Source: Batkoa obscura
Taxonomy: Eukaryota
Length of the DNA stretch: 64,000 nucleotides
Reading direction: 5' to 3'
Assembly (NCBI GenBank): GCA_030770535.1
Contig: JASVEC010000003.1
Span: forward strand, 558,001 to 622,000
In this document: positions 12,639 through 28,617 of the stretch, one piece after another
Numbering within the stretch: the stretch's first letter is position 1
Layout: each line of letters opens with the position of its first letter
Notes under the pieces: model-generated
Databases searched by the model: none
What the model was told of the DNA's origin: nothing
What the model saw: the letters and a program-made list of their open reading frames with translations, nothing else
Translations under genes and position numbers: made by a program

Positions 12639-14553
12639 ATGACCAGTAAACAAGTGAACTCGATTGAAGAAGCTAAACTTAATTACTTATGTATTTATAA
12701 TAATGAATTAGATTTAAAAGAAGATGAAACAAATAAAGATTTAATACTATACTATGGTATTGAACAAGATATAAGACAAGACTTAACAAAATCTGAGGAA
12801 AAAGAAGAGGGAGAAGTAACAGTAACAGAAACAGAAGAAGAATCAATTACTGAAGAATTAAGCTCAGACTCAGAAGAAGAGAAAGAGGAGGATACTATTG
12901 TAAGGGGATACTCGAAAGATTATGATACTATATTAAGACATATTGGTTTAGCTCAAGCTATGCTTAATTTTTCAAAGTAATAGAGTTTTATTTTATTATA
13001 ATAGAAAAATATTGATTTTTATTTAGTAATTTTTCTACTGAAGAAAAAGTACATACTGTTCACTCTAAAAAGAGTAGATTGATTATATTAAATCCAGAAG
13101 GTGATATCTATTTTTTATTAGTAAGCAAAAGGATAATTAATTTAAAGTTAATTTAATTTATAAATTTATTAGAGTATTAACCTCGGAATAAGAATAAGAA
13201 AAAGTGAAACAAATAATAGTTTAACTGTAGTGGATTATATGGATAAAGAATTAAGTGATTTAAGTTTAAAAACAATGTTAAATAAAGCTTATTTAGGGTT
13301 TAAGGTAAGTAAAGTTAAAATATAAAACATAAAATAAATTAATTGTATTTTAGTTAGGTCATGGCAGCATCACTAATTTACTTAATAAAAAAGGAGTCAA
13401 AAAAACACAATATTATTTAACGGAATATTTTGATCACTATTTAAGTCGAGGGTTTTCATTAAATAGTTTAACAATTGAAAATAATTTAAATGGGATTCAA
13501 TTATTTTCAACTAGTAAATCTACTTTTTTATATTTACAAAATCAATTAAAAAATATTCAATTGGAAAATAATTCAATATTTCATTTATCATTTTTTTATA
13601 ATCAGAAATTGATATGGTCAGGAGCCCATATGCCTATTGATATCTCTAATTTAATGTTAAATGTAATTAAACAATTAGATAATAAAAATAATCAAGTGAA
13701 GGATGGTGATAAGAAAAATGTAAGTTATTATTTATTTATTTACTTATTATTTTAATTATTTATATAGAGGAACTCCTTCTTTTCATTAATAACCCCCTAT
13801 TTATTTAACAATACAAGTACAACTGCAGAAATAGAAGATATAGATATAACTACATTTCAACCTAAATTTATAAAAGAATGGAATCCAAAATCGGCAATTA
13901 ATGGTAAATCAAGAACTCAACAAAAACAAACAATAATAAAAACAATTTATATAAATCAACAAAAATTGTATAGTATAATTTATCAAATATACCCGAAAGG
14001 TTATTTAATATTATATTTTAAAAATAAACAAGATATTAATATAAATCAATTAAACCAAAGTATATCAACTCATTTAAATGAACAATTATTCAATTTTATT
14101 AAAAAAGATTTACAACATCAATTACAATTAAAAAAGAATGTTAAATCTAATCCATTTAATTATTGTTATTTTAATGGTTTAAATCTAGCTATTGAAGCTA
14201 ACTTAATTGATTTACCTGTCCAAGTTCATTGTCTATTATTAGAGTTACAAAATGATTTATTATTATTAAATAATAATAATAATAATAATAACGACAGTAA
14301 TAATAATAAAGAAATCTTATTAAGAACAATATCAACAAATCATTTTCCTCCTCTTTGGATTGGTATCAAATATAATTTGGATTTTCAATTATTTTTTATT
14401 ATTAATAAAGATAATAATAATTTAATAGAAGTAGAAGGTAATATTAATTACTCTATTTTATTTATATAAGAGTATTAATAATTCTTATTTATTTTAGAAC
14501 ATATACAAACAATCTCTAACTTTTATTTTACTAATTTATTTTTAAATGATTAA
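12639..14553 (+). CDS. CCZ1: Vacuolar fusion protein CCZ1 (Mon1-Ccz1 GEF subunit), multi-exon
   Basis: Longin-type N-terminus YLCIYN...LILYY...RHIGLAQAMLNFS, then VHSKKSRLIILNPEGDIYF; C-terminal NYCYFNGLNLA and EILLRT...LIEVE. Confidence 0.8.
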
Positions 14554-14967
14554 GAAAAAATTCAAATTAGGTTGAATTTTAAATAAAGAAATTAAGGTTA
14601 AATTAATTTCCCATGTATATTTCATATTTTGACATTTTTCATATATATTTTAAGTTTTACTTCAAAGAATAAGTAGTCTCATTATTAAAAAGTTAATTTA
14701 TATTTCAAGAAGAAATTACTATATCCTTGAAATTAAAATTGAACCAATGAAGTCATTATACTTCTTTACATGAAGTCCATTTATAGGTTATATTTTAAAG
14801 TTGAATAATCTAAGAATAAATAAAGAAATAATAAAATACAATAATAATACAACATAAAACCTAAATGACCCTGTAAACTAAAATATTTTGTTTCTTTAAT
14901 AATTTTAATTAAAAATTATACATACTAAATACTTTATTAAAATACAAAAAATAATTCAAACAATAAT

Positions 14968-16237
14968 ATGGAAGTAGCTGGTGTAGAAGATAGTCATCAT
15001 ATTCATGGTACTTTTATGACTGAATTCATGGCAGGGACCGTTGGTGGTTGTTGTGAAGTTTTAGTTGGTCATCCATTTGATACGATTAAAGTAAGTTAAT
15101 TAAATATTAAAAATATTTAAAGAAAGATTAATAAATAATAAAAGGTACGTATTCAAACACAAGATTTAAGAAATCCAATTTATAAAGGAGCTGTAGATTG
15201 TTTTAAAAAAACTTTAGAAACTGAAAAGGTAAGTTATTAATTTAAATAAAAAGTATTTTATTATTATCATTTAAATAATTAATATTAAAGTATTATAATT
15301 ATTAGGTTACTGGTTTATATAGAGGAGTAACACCCCCATTAATAACTGTTGGATTTTGTTCAGCTATTATTTTTTCAAGTAATGGTTATTTTAGAAGGCT
15401 ATTAAATCCAAATCCAAACCCATATGCCGGTTTAGAAGATTTATCTTTAGGTAAGTAAATTTATTATTTATATCATTTATTTATTTATTTATTTATTTAT
15501 TATTATATATTATTATTATATAGAATACGATATTAACATATATATATAGGTAGAACAGCTTTAGCAGGAGCAATGACAGGTTCTATTATTGGATGTTTTT
15601 ATTGTCCTATGGAATTATTAAAAATTAGAATGCAAACTCAAACTATTTTTAAAGTAAGTTTAAAATATTATAGTATAATTTATTAATAAATTATTAATAA
15701 ATAATAATAAAATAGACAAAATATAATGGATTAATAGATTGTGCTAAACAAACAATTAAAAGAGATGGGTTAAATGGTATGTATCGAGGATTTAGTGTTA
15801 CACTTGCTAGAGATATGGCTTGTTTTGCTGGTTACTTTTGTAAGTTTTGACTTAATTTATTTAAATGAAATATTAGAATTAAAAATTAATTAGCAATGTA
15901 TCATTTTATGCGTAATTTATATATTGAAAAATTATCTCCAGAAGGTTTTAACAAAGATACGGATGATTTACCTTTTTCATATTTATTTTTATCAGGCGGA
16001 TTATCAGGAATAGCTTGTTGGTTAACATCTTATCCTCAAGATATAATTAAATCAAACATTCAATCTTCTCCAGTTAAAGTTGGTGTTATTGAAACTATTA
16101 AAAGAATCTATAAGTTTAGCGGTTTACGTGGATTTACTTATGGTTTAGCTCCTACTTTATTAAGATCTTTTCCTGCTAATGCGGCTACTTTTATCGGTTA
16201 TGAAACTGCAATGAAGTTTTTAAATAATAGAAATTAA
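14968..16237 (+). CDS. Mitochondrial carrier (SLC25), carnitine/ornithine/amino-acid carrier-like, 6 exons
   Basis: Three PX[DE]XX[KR] motifs (HPFDTIKVRIQ, CPMELLKIRMQ, YPQDIIKSNIQ); C-terminal LLRSFPANAATF. Confidence 0.92.
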
Positions 16238-16859
16238 GAGAAAAGGAAAGATTAAAGAAAGATTTTGTTTATATAGAATTTGAATGTTAATCTAGAAAAT
16301 GTTTTCATTTAGAATCTCTTGGTTGAGATAAGTTATCTTCTCCTAATTTTTTTATTAATAAAATTAATGTTATTTTTGTTATTATTTTTGTTATTACTTT
16401 TATTTTTATTTTATTGTTATTATTTCATCATGTTAATTTATTATTTGTGTATTATTATTATTATTATTTCATTATTTCAATCTATTATCTATTTATTTTT
16501 ATTATTTCATTATGTTAATTTATTATTTGTTTTTGTAATTTCATTATTTTAATGTATTATTCATTTATTTTTATTGTTTTATTATTTATTTTTATTTTAT
16601 TTTATCTATTCTTAAACACAAGCTAAACTCATAAATTGTAATTTTAAGATCAAAATAAACAAAAAGTAAAGTGTAATTCCAATAGAAAATACCATAAATT
16701 TAAGATTAGTAATTCTCTAAGATCATCTGATATATTTTAAAAAACTATTGATTTATAAATAACATATTTAAATTTAATTCGTTTTATTGTTTTATTCCTT
16801 CTTGTTTTAAATTATATTATTTATAATAACTATAATTTATTTTAATATTATAATAAAAG

Positions 16860-17884
16860 ATGATACCTATTATTGAACTTCCTCATGGCTTAGATTTGAA
16901 AAAAACAATAAAAAAGTTATTAAAATTAAATTTATATAATAATAATAACTATAATCACGATACTATAATAAATAGTAGTAACAACCCATATAACAATAAT
17001 AACAATAATAACAATAATAACAATAATATTAGTAATAAATCAAAATCAACATATATTAATCCTCAATTAATTCCTAATAAATCGCATTTAAGTCATTCTG
17101 AAATTATGAATATACATTTATTAAAAAATGAAGCTTGGTATTTAAATAATATATCAAATATAATAGTATTTAATGACAATAATAATAATAATAATAATAA
17201 TAATAGAGAACAAATAAAAACATATTTATCCAATTTACCAATATTAAGTGAAAAAAGATATCGATATTTTGAAGTATTAATTGAAAATAAAGCTAATACT
17301 GATATTATTTCTATCGGTTTTTCAGCTCGTTATTTTAATCAATATTTAATGTTAGGTATATAAAAATACTATAAATTATATAATATAATACCCTTATATT
17401 AACTTTTATTATTTCTTTAGGACAACATGATTATTCTTACGGTTTATGTATTAATGATAGTAAATTATATTCTACAGTGAATAATAATAATATTACTATT
17501 TCCTTCCCAATTAAAGATCTTAATCAAAGTGGTAGTATTATAGGCTGTGGATTAACTCCTAATAATGAATTATTTTATACTTTTAACCAGAAATTAATAG
17601 TTACTCCATTGATATTAAATTTTGAATGTTTTCCAGCAATTTCTTATTATAATATTAATTTGGACTCATATTCTAAACATAATTTTAAATATAATAAGAA
17701 TACTACTATCAATAATAATAATATTAAATGTAAACTTAAATTGAATTTTGGTACAAGACCATATATTTATAATGATGCTTTATTTCTTAACATGTCTATG
17801 TTTTGCAATTCTTTTTCTAATCCACCATCTCCTTCTTATGAGTTACATCAAAATGATCTTCTGTGGTGTACTTCGGATTACTAA
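16860..17884 (+). CDS. SPRY-domain protein (Ssh4/Ear1-like, divergent) with poly-Asn tracts; intron ~17356-17420
   Basis: SNLPI...YFEVLI...IISIGFS..Y...MLGQHDYSYG...GSIIGCG....LFYTFN...FPAIS...LNFGTRPY, the SPRY pattern. Confidence 0.7.
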
Positions 17885-18472
17885 AGTTTCGCTTAATTAA
17901 GTTGGGCAAATTTTTTTGTTCAGAATCGATTGTTATTTTTTTATTTTTTGAAATAAATTCTTTGTGCTTTTATATTTTTATACTTTCGATTCAAACAACT
18001 TTTTTAATGGCTTATATTATAAAATTGATTGCCTTTTTTCATCATTTGATAGTAATTGCTTGGTTCTTAATTTATTTGGAAATTAAATGTGACTTGAGTT
18101 GCTGTTTTATTTTTATTTATTTATTTCTTATAATTGATCATATATAACAATAATAATATATTATAAAACTGTAATAATAATATTATTATAATTATAACAG
18201 AACAGCCATTACATAACACAGAAACTGAAGAATAACTTACATTTTGAAATAGAATAAAAAAGTGATAATTTATTTACAAAAGTAGATGTCTAATACTTAT
18301 AAAAAAATCGAACAAATTAAACCTCTCGATAATTTCAAATACTTTAATTTAATAGGCTTAAATATAAGAAAAATGGGTTAACAAAGGTGAAAAAAAGTGA
18401 CTAAATCAATGACTTTTTATTCTTTTCATAAACCAATTTCAATAAATAACCCCACATAAAAAAAAGCACAAA

Positions 18473-20175
18473 ATGAATAGTAGCAGTAATAGTGCATCTT
18501 ATACAAATCCAATATTACCCATCGTCAATACAGGTGGACCCGCTGCAGGAACTTCAATCTCAAGAACTTCTTCTAAAAGTTCTTCTAGTTTACAGTTACA
18601 ACCAACCGCTCAAAATCAAAATTCAGTTAAAGATAATAGTATTTACATCGAAAATAAAAGGTGTTGGATTTGTTTTGGCGAAGAAAATGACAGTGAAGGT
18701 CATTGGATTAAACCTTGTCACTGTTCTTTAATTTCTCATGAAGAATGTTTGTTATCTTGGATTGCGGAAAATCAAAAATTTGAAGCTAATAAAAGGGTAA
18801 ATTTAAATTTAACGAATTGGTTTATGAATTATGAATTATAATTATATCATTTATACATATGTTAGGTTCATTGTCCACAATGTAATCAAGTTTATCAATT
18901 AAGTGAACCACCTTCTTTTTTTATTGATTTATTTAATCGTATTGATAACGTACTTCAATCAACTGTACCTTATATTACTTTAGTGGGGTTAACTGGTTCT
19001 GTTTTAGTTACTTCAACTACTTATGGGTAAATATTATTGACTATATTTAATACAATTATTAAATTAATATATAATATTATAATATAAATAGTGCGTATGC
19101 AGTACTTACTATATGTGGATCTGAAGAAGGGGAAAGATTATTAGGTTCACCAAACCCTTGGGGATGGAGAGTATGGGTAAGATTAATAATATATTATTTA
19201 TTAATTAGAAAATAATTTAATTATGATTATTTTATTATAACAATTAATAGTTGGGATTACCATTAATACCATGGATATTGATAGGATCCAGATCTAATTA
19301 TTTAGATTCACTTATGCCATTATTGCCTATATTAGTATTAGGTAATGAACAAATTCAATTTAATTTCCCACCTTCTCCATCTTTAGTATTATCTGTATTA
19401 CCTTGGATTAGGTAATTATTATTATTATTATTATTATAAGGATATAGTTTATAATATTAATATTTTTTTATAATAGAATAATTTATAATACAAGTTGGGA
19501 ATATATTTTTGGTAAAATGGAAAAAGGATGGGTAGAACAAATTAGAAATCAAATGAATATTAGCGGAAGTTTGAATGGAAATGAAAATAATAATGAAGCA
19601 AATACAACAGAGAATAATAATAATACTCATAATAACAACAATAATAATGGTATATTGGAAATTGAATGGGAAGTTAATATTGGAAATCCAGGTCAAAGTA
19701 GAATGATTAATAGAAATGCTAATGCTAATGATACCATTGCTTATGCATTAGGTGAAAGAAAAGATATTGCTCGTACTATTGTGGGTGCTTTATTGTTGCC
19801 TGGTAAGTTTATTATGAATATATTAGTTATGTCTGTATTAATTCAATTTTTATTATATAGCTTTATCTTCTATGTCTGGAAAGTAAGATTGATATTAATT
19901 GTAAAATTCAAATAAGATATTAATATATAATATAGTATATTAGGATATTTTCCAATGATTAAGAATCGATTTTTACCAACTACTTTTTTAAGATCTATTG
20001 TTGGTGGCTGTTTTTTTATATTTTTGAAGGTAATTAATTAATAATAATAGTTTATTGTATTTATTACATTTATTGATTAATAATATTATAGGATATAACT
20101 AATCTTATATATAAATATTACCTTATACGTCGATTACGTAAACGTACAATTCAGTCAGTAGCGCCAATACAATAA
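18473..20175 (+). CDS. RING-CH (RINGv) membrane E3 ubiquitin ligase, MARCH5-like, multi-exon
   Basis: CWICFGEE...WIKPCHCSLISHEECLLSWI...VHCPQC; TYGAYAVLTICG, GLPLIPWILI, ARTIVGALLLP, RSIVGGCFF. Confidence 0.85.
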
Positions 20176-20387
20176 TAGTAATAATACAGTAAATTGAGCT
20201 ATTTATTAATATTATTATTAATATTAATAATGTCTTGTAATATTAGTAGTTTTTGGTTATTATTATTATTAGTTTAAGAATATAAATTTTTTTATATGAA
20301 TTTAAAGTTCTAAATTGCAATAATTATTGAATGTTTTTTTTAAATAAAATAGTAAAAAAAATAAAACTAATTTTAATTTTTATTATA

Positions 20388-21659
<1,272 letters not shown>

Positions 21660-22451
21660 TCTATATCTTCTATATCTTCTATGTTGATTTGTTAACTAAA
21701 AGTGTTTTTTGTCATTTTGTTATTTTTTTCCAGAAATTAGTAATAGCCAACCATTAACGTTTATTTTAAAATTACAAATGACTACTGTTGAAGAGTTTAA
21801 TTTCATTTTTTCGTTTTTTTAGGCACCAAAGAAATTGGACAATTTTTTAATTCTTAAAAGATTATCCCCTTATTCTTTTTGAATGAAAGTATATTTTAAT
21901 TGCTTAATACATGTTAATTATCACTATATAAGAGGAAAATGGTAAATTGTTTGAAGTCATTTCATTTGATGAGATTTATTCATCAAAGAACGCCAAGTGA
22001 AAGGATATCAACTTATGAATAAACTAAGCTTACTTTTTATGTTAATAGGCAATTTCAAATTAACATTCGATTTTTTACACTTGTTTAATTAAGGATGTTT
22101 TATAATAAATAAAACAATAAGTATTCCTTATAATACTTGTATTATTTATTAAAATATTATTTATTTTAAATTGATAAATTTTAATTAGTATAAATAAATT
22201 AATATTTCTATCTACCAATTAAATAACTTCATTAAAATAGCATGATATTTTTAAGAAATCCAATAATCGAGTTAATTAATATAACAAACTCGTATAACAA
22301 ACTCGATCATTGGCTACACAATACCAAGTTAAAAAATAGGCGGGGAAAAATGAAAAAAGGAACAACAAGTAACCCCAGAAAACCATAAAAGGGACAAAAT
22401 TAAAGTTGAATCGAACTTTTATCTTTTTTATTAAATAAATAAATAAAAAAT

Positions 22452-23540
22452 ATGCCACCCCAGACCAAAGAGAATTTTGAACCTGAAAAAGAAGAAGGCT
22501 TTGATATCCGCCACCCATTATATAATGGTTTTTGGAAACGTTCAATTCCTTATGTCCATGAAGAGTTAGCCGTCGATAATCATGATGAACCCCATCTTAA
22601 GCGTAAGCATGCTATATTAGAAAAACATCCAGAGATTGAAAAATTATACGGTACCGAATTTTCTACTATTTATATTATATTAGCATCTACTTCCGTTCAA
22701 ATGTTTTTTGCTTACCTTTTCGGTAGAGTATTAACGGACTGGAATTGGTCTATGGTAGCATTTGCTTATTTAGTAGGTGGTACTATATCTGCTTTATTTG
22801 GTTGTTTAATTCACGAATGTAGTCATAATTTATTACATCCAAATCCATTAGTCAATCGTATCTTTGCTTTAATTGTCAATACAGGTATACCATTCCCAAT
22901 CTCTGCTTCTTTCCGTCGTTATCATTTAATTCATCATGCTTATCAAGGAGTTGAAGATAAAGATCCTGATCTTCCAATGAAATGGGAATATAAATTCATT
23001 CGTGGAAATTCGTTATTAAAAACTATTTGGGTATTTTGTTATGCTGGATTATATGTCATCCGTGGAGCTGCTATGTTAAAACCATTATCTTTTTGGGAGT
23101 ATATGAATATTGCTTATATTATTACTGTAGATGTTCTAGTTTATACTTTTTGGGGTCCAAGGGCATTATTATATCTTGCTCTTTCTTTATGGCTTGGTTA
23201 TGGTTTACATCCAGGAGCCGCTCATTTTGTACAAGAACATTATACCTTTGAAGATGGACAAGAAACATATTCTTACTATGGTATACTTAATAAGTTTTAT
23301 ATCAATATTGGATACCATAATGAACACCATGATTTCACACAAATTCCATGGAATAAGTTACCAAAGATTAAAGAAATAGCTCCAGAATTTTATGATGGTT
23401 TAGCTTGTCATACTTCTTGGGTTTATATGCATTTCTTATTCATCTTTTCCGATAAAATGGGACCAATTTCTAGACTTAAACGTAGCTCCGAAGACTTTAA
23501 TCGTTCTCGTAAGTTACTATCTTCTAAAAAGAAATTATGA
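22452..23540 (+). CDS. DES1: Sphingolipid delta(4)-desaturase / C4-hydroxylase family (DES1/DEGS), intronless
   Basis: EPHLKRKHAILEKHPEI; His boxes HECSH, HLIHH and HNEHH; ETYSYYG; PWNKLPKIKEIAPEFY. Confidence 0.88.
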   Translation: MPPQTKENFEPEKEEGFDIRHPLYNGFWKRSIPYVHEELAVDNHDEPHLKRKHAILEKHPEIEKLYGTEFSTIYIILASTSVQMFFAYLFGRVLTDWNWSMVAFAYLVGGTISALFGCLIHECSHNLLHPNPLVNRIFALIVNTGIPFPISASFRRYHLIHHAYQGVEDKDPDLPMKWEYKFIRGNSLLKTIWVFCYAGLYVIRGAAMLKPLSFWEYMNIAYIITVDVLVYTFWGPRALLYLALSLWLGYGLHPGAAHFVQEHYTFEDGQETYSYYGILNKFYINIGYHNEHHDFTQIPWNKLPKIKEIAPEFYDGLACHTSWVYMHFLFIFSDKMGPISRLKRSSEDFNRSRKLLSSKKKL

Positions 23541-25298
23541 TTGGGTATTGCTTATTTTTTATCCTGTTTTTTTAAATAGTTTATATACTAAACTAGATAG
23601 TATTCTTTTATAAATTTTATATGTATTAGCCTTAATCTTTTTATTATATTTTTTAATAAATAAGTTAAATATAAAAAGTGTATATTGGTTTGTATTATAT
23701 TGTTTTAAATACTTGACAATTTTAGATATATCAATGGCTTTTTCGATCAGTTTTTGGTTTTTTCTTTTAAACCTCAAAGGAGCACGAACCTTCGAGTATT
23801 TTATTTATGGAACTAAGTGAAAGTAATGTAAAAATGAAAAGATAAAGGAGACGAGGTAAAATAAACCAATGATAGGTACTCAAAACTCAAGGTCCCTTCT
23901 CTGGAGTGTAAAAGGTTAAGGACAACTATTTAATGTTTGTTTTTATATAGAGACCTCCAAGAGTGGAGTAGGGAGGATGCGGGAGAATTACCAACTGATA
24001 ATTTATAGAAAAATGAATCAACCAAAGGTAAGTTTTAATTACAAGAATTGGGGGGAAGGAGGAAAAGCTTTAAAAGCTTTAAAAGCTCTGGTAATTTGTT
24101 CATACAAGAGTTTAACTGATATTCAAGGCAACTATTGGATGGTATAGGAAGTTACTGATTTTCTTGACCAAAGTTGAAAGAATTTATTGTTTAAATTTAA
24201 AAAATCACCTTAAATACGAATTTTTTTGGTAAACTAATGCTATTAGCTTAGAAGCTACTGCTATCTATGATCAACTATAGTTGGTAAAATAGCTATTAAG
24301 TTTTTCAGAGGGAATTCTCCTAAAGATACCAATACTGGAAATCGAATCTAGTAAGGTGATTGAATAGTTGACATCATTATAAATTTTTATTTATATGCCA
24401 AATGTCTCGCTTTCGATTAAACTTTTAGCTGTTGCTTTTGATACTTATTATATTCTTTGACAATATTGTTTGAATGTTCTTTTTATAAGCTACTAATTTA
24501 TTAAACCTTATAAGTTTCAGATAAAGTTAATCCGTTCACTTATTTAGACAGGTAGAGGTCATTCATACATTAGTTAAATTATTTGTTGATTTTAATTATT
24601 AAGCAATTTTTTAAAAATTAGACCAAAATTTAGCATACACAGCTAGAGATGTAATAGCTATCTAAAAAAAACAAAATGATTCAATACCATTACGAAAATT
24701 TTAGCCAATAAAGACAAAAAATTAAACCAATCAAATAATCAATTGACTTTATAGAGTGAAATGTGAAATTGATTCATAATGAAAGGGAAGGGAAGGGATT
24801 AATAGTAGTTGATATTGGACTTCTTTTATTGAATTTGTAGAGTCGATTTTTAGTGAATTTTTTTTGAAAGCTTGTAAGAGCATAGGCTCTTGCGTATTTA
24901 TTGATGCAAGCAAAGATAACATGAAAGTAACAGGATAGGTGAAATTAGGAAAGGAGGAGACTTTTTGAAAATAATTCGACTTTTTTATTAGTTTCTTGCT
25001 TTTAAAAATAAGATTCTTATTTATTAGATGCACTTGTTCTTCAAAAGAGCAGAGAAAGTTGAAATGGAAATTTTAATAGGAGAGATCTTTGTTTTGAACA
25101 AAATAGCTTTTGTTGAATAATTCAAATTAATTTATGAAAAAGACTTCATCATTCTAAAATAACTTTTCTACTTTAAAAACTATTAATGTCTAAGTAGAAG
25201 TTCTATAGTCTAAATAATGACATTTATAACTTCGTTCTTTATCCTTTTCTTTTTGCATACAAAAATAAAAAACGTTTGTTAACTAAAACTTAAAACTT

Positions 25299-25402
25299 TA
25301 TATGGGGATGTCTCTTTTTGTCTAAGAATTTTACAACTTTTCTACTTAAATAGCGCTTATAAAATAGAAAAAGTGATGAAACCAAAAAAAGCATCTTCAT
25401 AT
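25299..25402 (+). mobile_element. MITE family A copy 5
   Basis: tatatggggatgtctctttttgtctaagaatttt...gaaaaagtgatgaaaccaaaaaaagcatcttcatat. Confidence 0.85.
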
Positions 25403-25496
25403 TTTTTAAATAGGTTAAGATTTTAAAAATAACAAATAATTCAAAAAAAATCAGGCATGAAATTTTTTATTTCACATAGTAACTTTATACTTAATC

Positions 25497-25603
25497 ATAC
25501 GGGGATATATTTTTATGTTTAAGAATTTTACTAACAATCTTTCCGCTCAAATAGGGTTTAAAAAATGGAAAAAGTAATGAAACCAAAAAAAATATCCCCA
25601 TTA
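25497..25603 (+). mobile_element. MITE family A copy 6
   Basis: atacggggatatatttttatgtttaagaattttactaacaatctttccgctcaaat...aatatccccatta. Confidence 0.85.
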
Positions 25604-26467
25604 TTAACTGCAATTTACAAATAATAATATTAAATCATTTTTTATATTTATGTTTATGTTTATGAATATAATTTGAATAATCAAGGTTTTTAAATAAAAT
25701 TAAGTCCTTGATGGAAGGCCAAGAATTATAAAAGGATACCCCATTAATTAACATATTATCGTTCACCTCGTATACTTAAAATAAGTAAGTTCTATGTGTT
25801 ATTACAAATTCTAACTTAAGGCAACCACATTTTTTCGTTAAACTATTAATATTTGGGCTAAAATTAAACAAGTTGCTATATCGATATTAAATATTACGAA
25901 GAAACTATTTCAACAATTGTTGAAAAGTTAACTAGATTAAGTTAAAACATCATTTTCTTTATTAACTCAAGTAAGTTTTAGTGATTCAAACGAGTTTTGA
26001 GAAAACTATCCCTCTTTAAAAATAATAATAAATCATTTCTGAAATTTTATTTGAGTTTTTAAGCTTAAAAAGCTTTTTAATTAAACCCGTTTGTAAATGA
26101 CTCTATTCCTTTTAAGGTCTGTACTAACTGAAAATAATTAATCATAAAAGATGATGTTAAACGTAACCGTTAAATATAATAAAGTGTTAGTTAAAAAAAG
26201 GCTGTTCAAAATCTAAGCTTAAATGAAACCCCAATTCCCCGAATGAATGAGATGACACAATAAAAAATGGTTAAAAATATACTTGTAATTTATTCTATAA
26301 GGAAACAGAGAAAGAATAATCCAAAGTTACTCCAGGCAACATCAAATAAAACAATTAAAATTGATTAGAGGGGAGAAACAAGACCAAAGCTAGTTAATTA
26401 AAAAACACGAGGGATAAAAATAAAATAAAATAAAATAATTTAGCTACCAAATTTTGTTCAAATCGAA

Positions 26468-27196
26468 CTATGACAGTTTCTTAAGTGCCGAATTCAATTT
26501 ACATTTTTTGGTATTTTGATGTCTTTTTAATGCATCTAATCGTGAAAATTGTTTATCGCATTGATTACAGTGGTATGGTTTAAAGTTCAAATGAATATTA
26601 TGGTGTCTTTTCAAATCGTGTGCTCTTCCAAACCTCTGAAAGCACATTTCACATCGGAATGGTTTCCATAAATTAAGATTGTTATTCTGTGAGTGATAGC
26701 GAACTAATGTGGCTGGCCTTAATGTATTATAAAGGATAGGCAATGACTGAACGGAGCTCAAGTTATTAGTCATAGAGCTATTATTCAATTCATTATTAGT
26801 GTTATGGCTATTAATATAGTAAGGAGGATAATGATTTAGATAGTTATTATTATGGCTGTTAATATGATTCAAATTGCTTTCATTTGTGATATAGTTAGCT
26901 TCATTGTTATGGTTTAAAATGTGGTTAAGTTCATTTTTTCCCTTAGCGTCGTAAGCAGCCGGCTCCAATGTTAACGGTTTACTACTATCTAATATTTTAT
27001 TAACTTTATTGTAATCCCTTATTGGTGGTAATGAATTTATTTCAATATCAAGTCTAGGGTTTGGCCAACTTTTGTTATTGTTGAAATCTACAGAAGATTT
27101 AGAATTTAGCTCAACAGGACTATGACCTGCGCTATAGTATTTGTTTGCGTTATTATTAAAGTAAAAAGGATCAAAAAAAGGTTCGCAAGGATTCAT
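26468..27196 (-). CDS. C2H2 zinc-finger transcription factor (two C-terminal fingers, Asn-rich N-terminus)
   Basis: KPFRCEMCFQRFGRAHDLKRHHNIH-LNFKPYHCNQCDKQFSRLDALKRHQNTKKC. Confidence 0.92.
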   Translation of the reverse strand: MNPCEPFFDPFYFNNNANKYYSAGHSPVELNSKSSVDFNNNKSWPNPRLDIEINSLPPIRDYNKVNKILDSSKPLTLEPAAYDAKGKNELNHILNHNNEANYITNESNLNHINSHNNNYLNHYPPYYINSHNTNNELNNSSMTNNLSSVQSLPILYNTLRPATLVRYHSQNNNLNLWKPFRCEMCFQRFGRAHDLKRHHNIHLNFKPYHCNQCDKQFSRLDALKRHQNTKKCKLNSALKKLS

Positions 27197-28617
27197 GGTA
27201 AAAAGGAAGGTCTATCAATATTATAAAACTTTTGTATGAATATAAAGGTAAAATAAAAGTAAAACAAGCTTGGGTAGTAATCAAAACAAAATTCTATCAA
27301 CACTGAAAAATCTTTATTTCCACTACTATTTATACTTTAAATTTTCTTTTTTAACCCCCCTTTCATTACTCATATTATCGATAATTCTAACGTCTTACTT
27401 CTTTACTTTTTTAGTTAACATTATTTACTTTCCACCCTCTTACTACATTCCCATTTATTCTTAATTTTAGTCAATTTTTTATCTAAGAATAGTTAAATAT
27501 TTGTTATTTATCTTTCTATTATTTTTATAATAAAATTTTAGACTATAATATTAAGTGTAAAAATAAAAATAATTATAATTGTTATTATTATTTTTATCAT
27601 TACATAATTGATAAATAAAATTTTATCAAATTTTGTCAAGTTTAATTAATACAAGTTTATATTTCTAATATCTTATTTTTGTTTTTTATCATAAGAAAGT
27701 TGGGGATATTTTCTTTAACGTTATTAAAGTTTAATCAAAGAAGTAAATAAAGTTAAGGAATATTATGCTTCAGCCATGATTATCAAATACAAACTTTTTT
27801 GTAGATCTCTAATCTGGATTTCACTTTTGCTATTTTTAGCTTGTACTTTATAACTATTCAATAGTCATTAACCTATTTAATTATAACTATTATAGCTGAT
27901 GTAGATTATAATTTTGAACAAAAAATACAAACTATTAGATAATATACAGATGATTTAATACTAAAACAAAATATATTATCAATAGCATAAATTCAACAAA
28001 TAAAGCTGAGATAAAAAGCTGTTTAATCCATTCCGAGTTAAAGATCTAGATTCAATTAGACCCCCTTTGCTATCAAACCAACTCAAATACTCATTCTAAA
28101 TTAAATTTAACACCAGCAATGCCACTAGTTTTACTTATTTAGAAAAATACTCCATCATTCCCCTGTGATTAAATTGAATCCACAAACTACCCAATTTGCC
28201 TTTGATTAAAGGGTATTTGAAATTAATCATGTTCACCTCCACCATCTGATTCTGCAATTAGGGCTTAAATTAGTAAAATATTTTTTGGCCTTCTTTAAAT
28301 AGCTATAAGCGTCAATTGAGCTATTGCTATTTTGAGCGATTATTTTAACAATTCTAGAGTTATTATACCACATACAGCTTTGATTTTTATAAAATTCAAA
28401 GTTAAAGGTATGAATTTATACTATTGTATTTTATAGATATAAGACGAGCAATCTGATTTTCAGGAAATGTATGTAGATTTATTGTTATTTTTTTAAAGTA
28501 TTATATAGTATTATTAATTATTAAAGAAATGGTTAGTTTAAGGTAGAAAGATTTTTAACTAAAAAACAGTATAAGCTTTGAAATCAAAAAGATGTAATCA
28601 TATTGCTTCTATTTTAC

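Noticed and set aside
16319..16552. 77-aa hydrophobic ORF (similarly 17863-18147, 23559-23777, 24749-25033, 27270-27464, 44256-44438)
   Set aside because: These arise from TTA/TAT-rich intergenic low-complexity sequence; several have non-ATG starts and none has a recognisable motif
14270..19640. (AAT)n and (TTTA)n microsatellites and poly-Asn tracts
   Set aside because: Expected slippage products in an AT-rich genome
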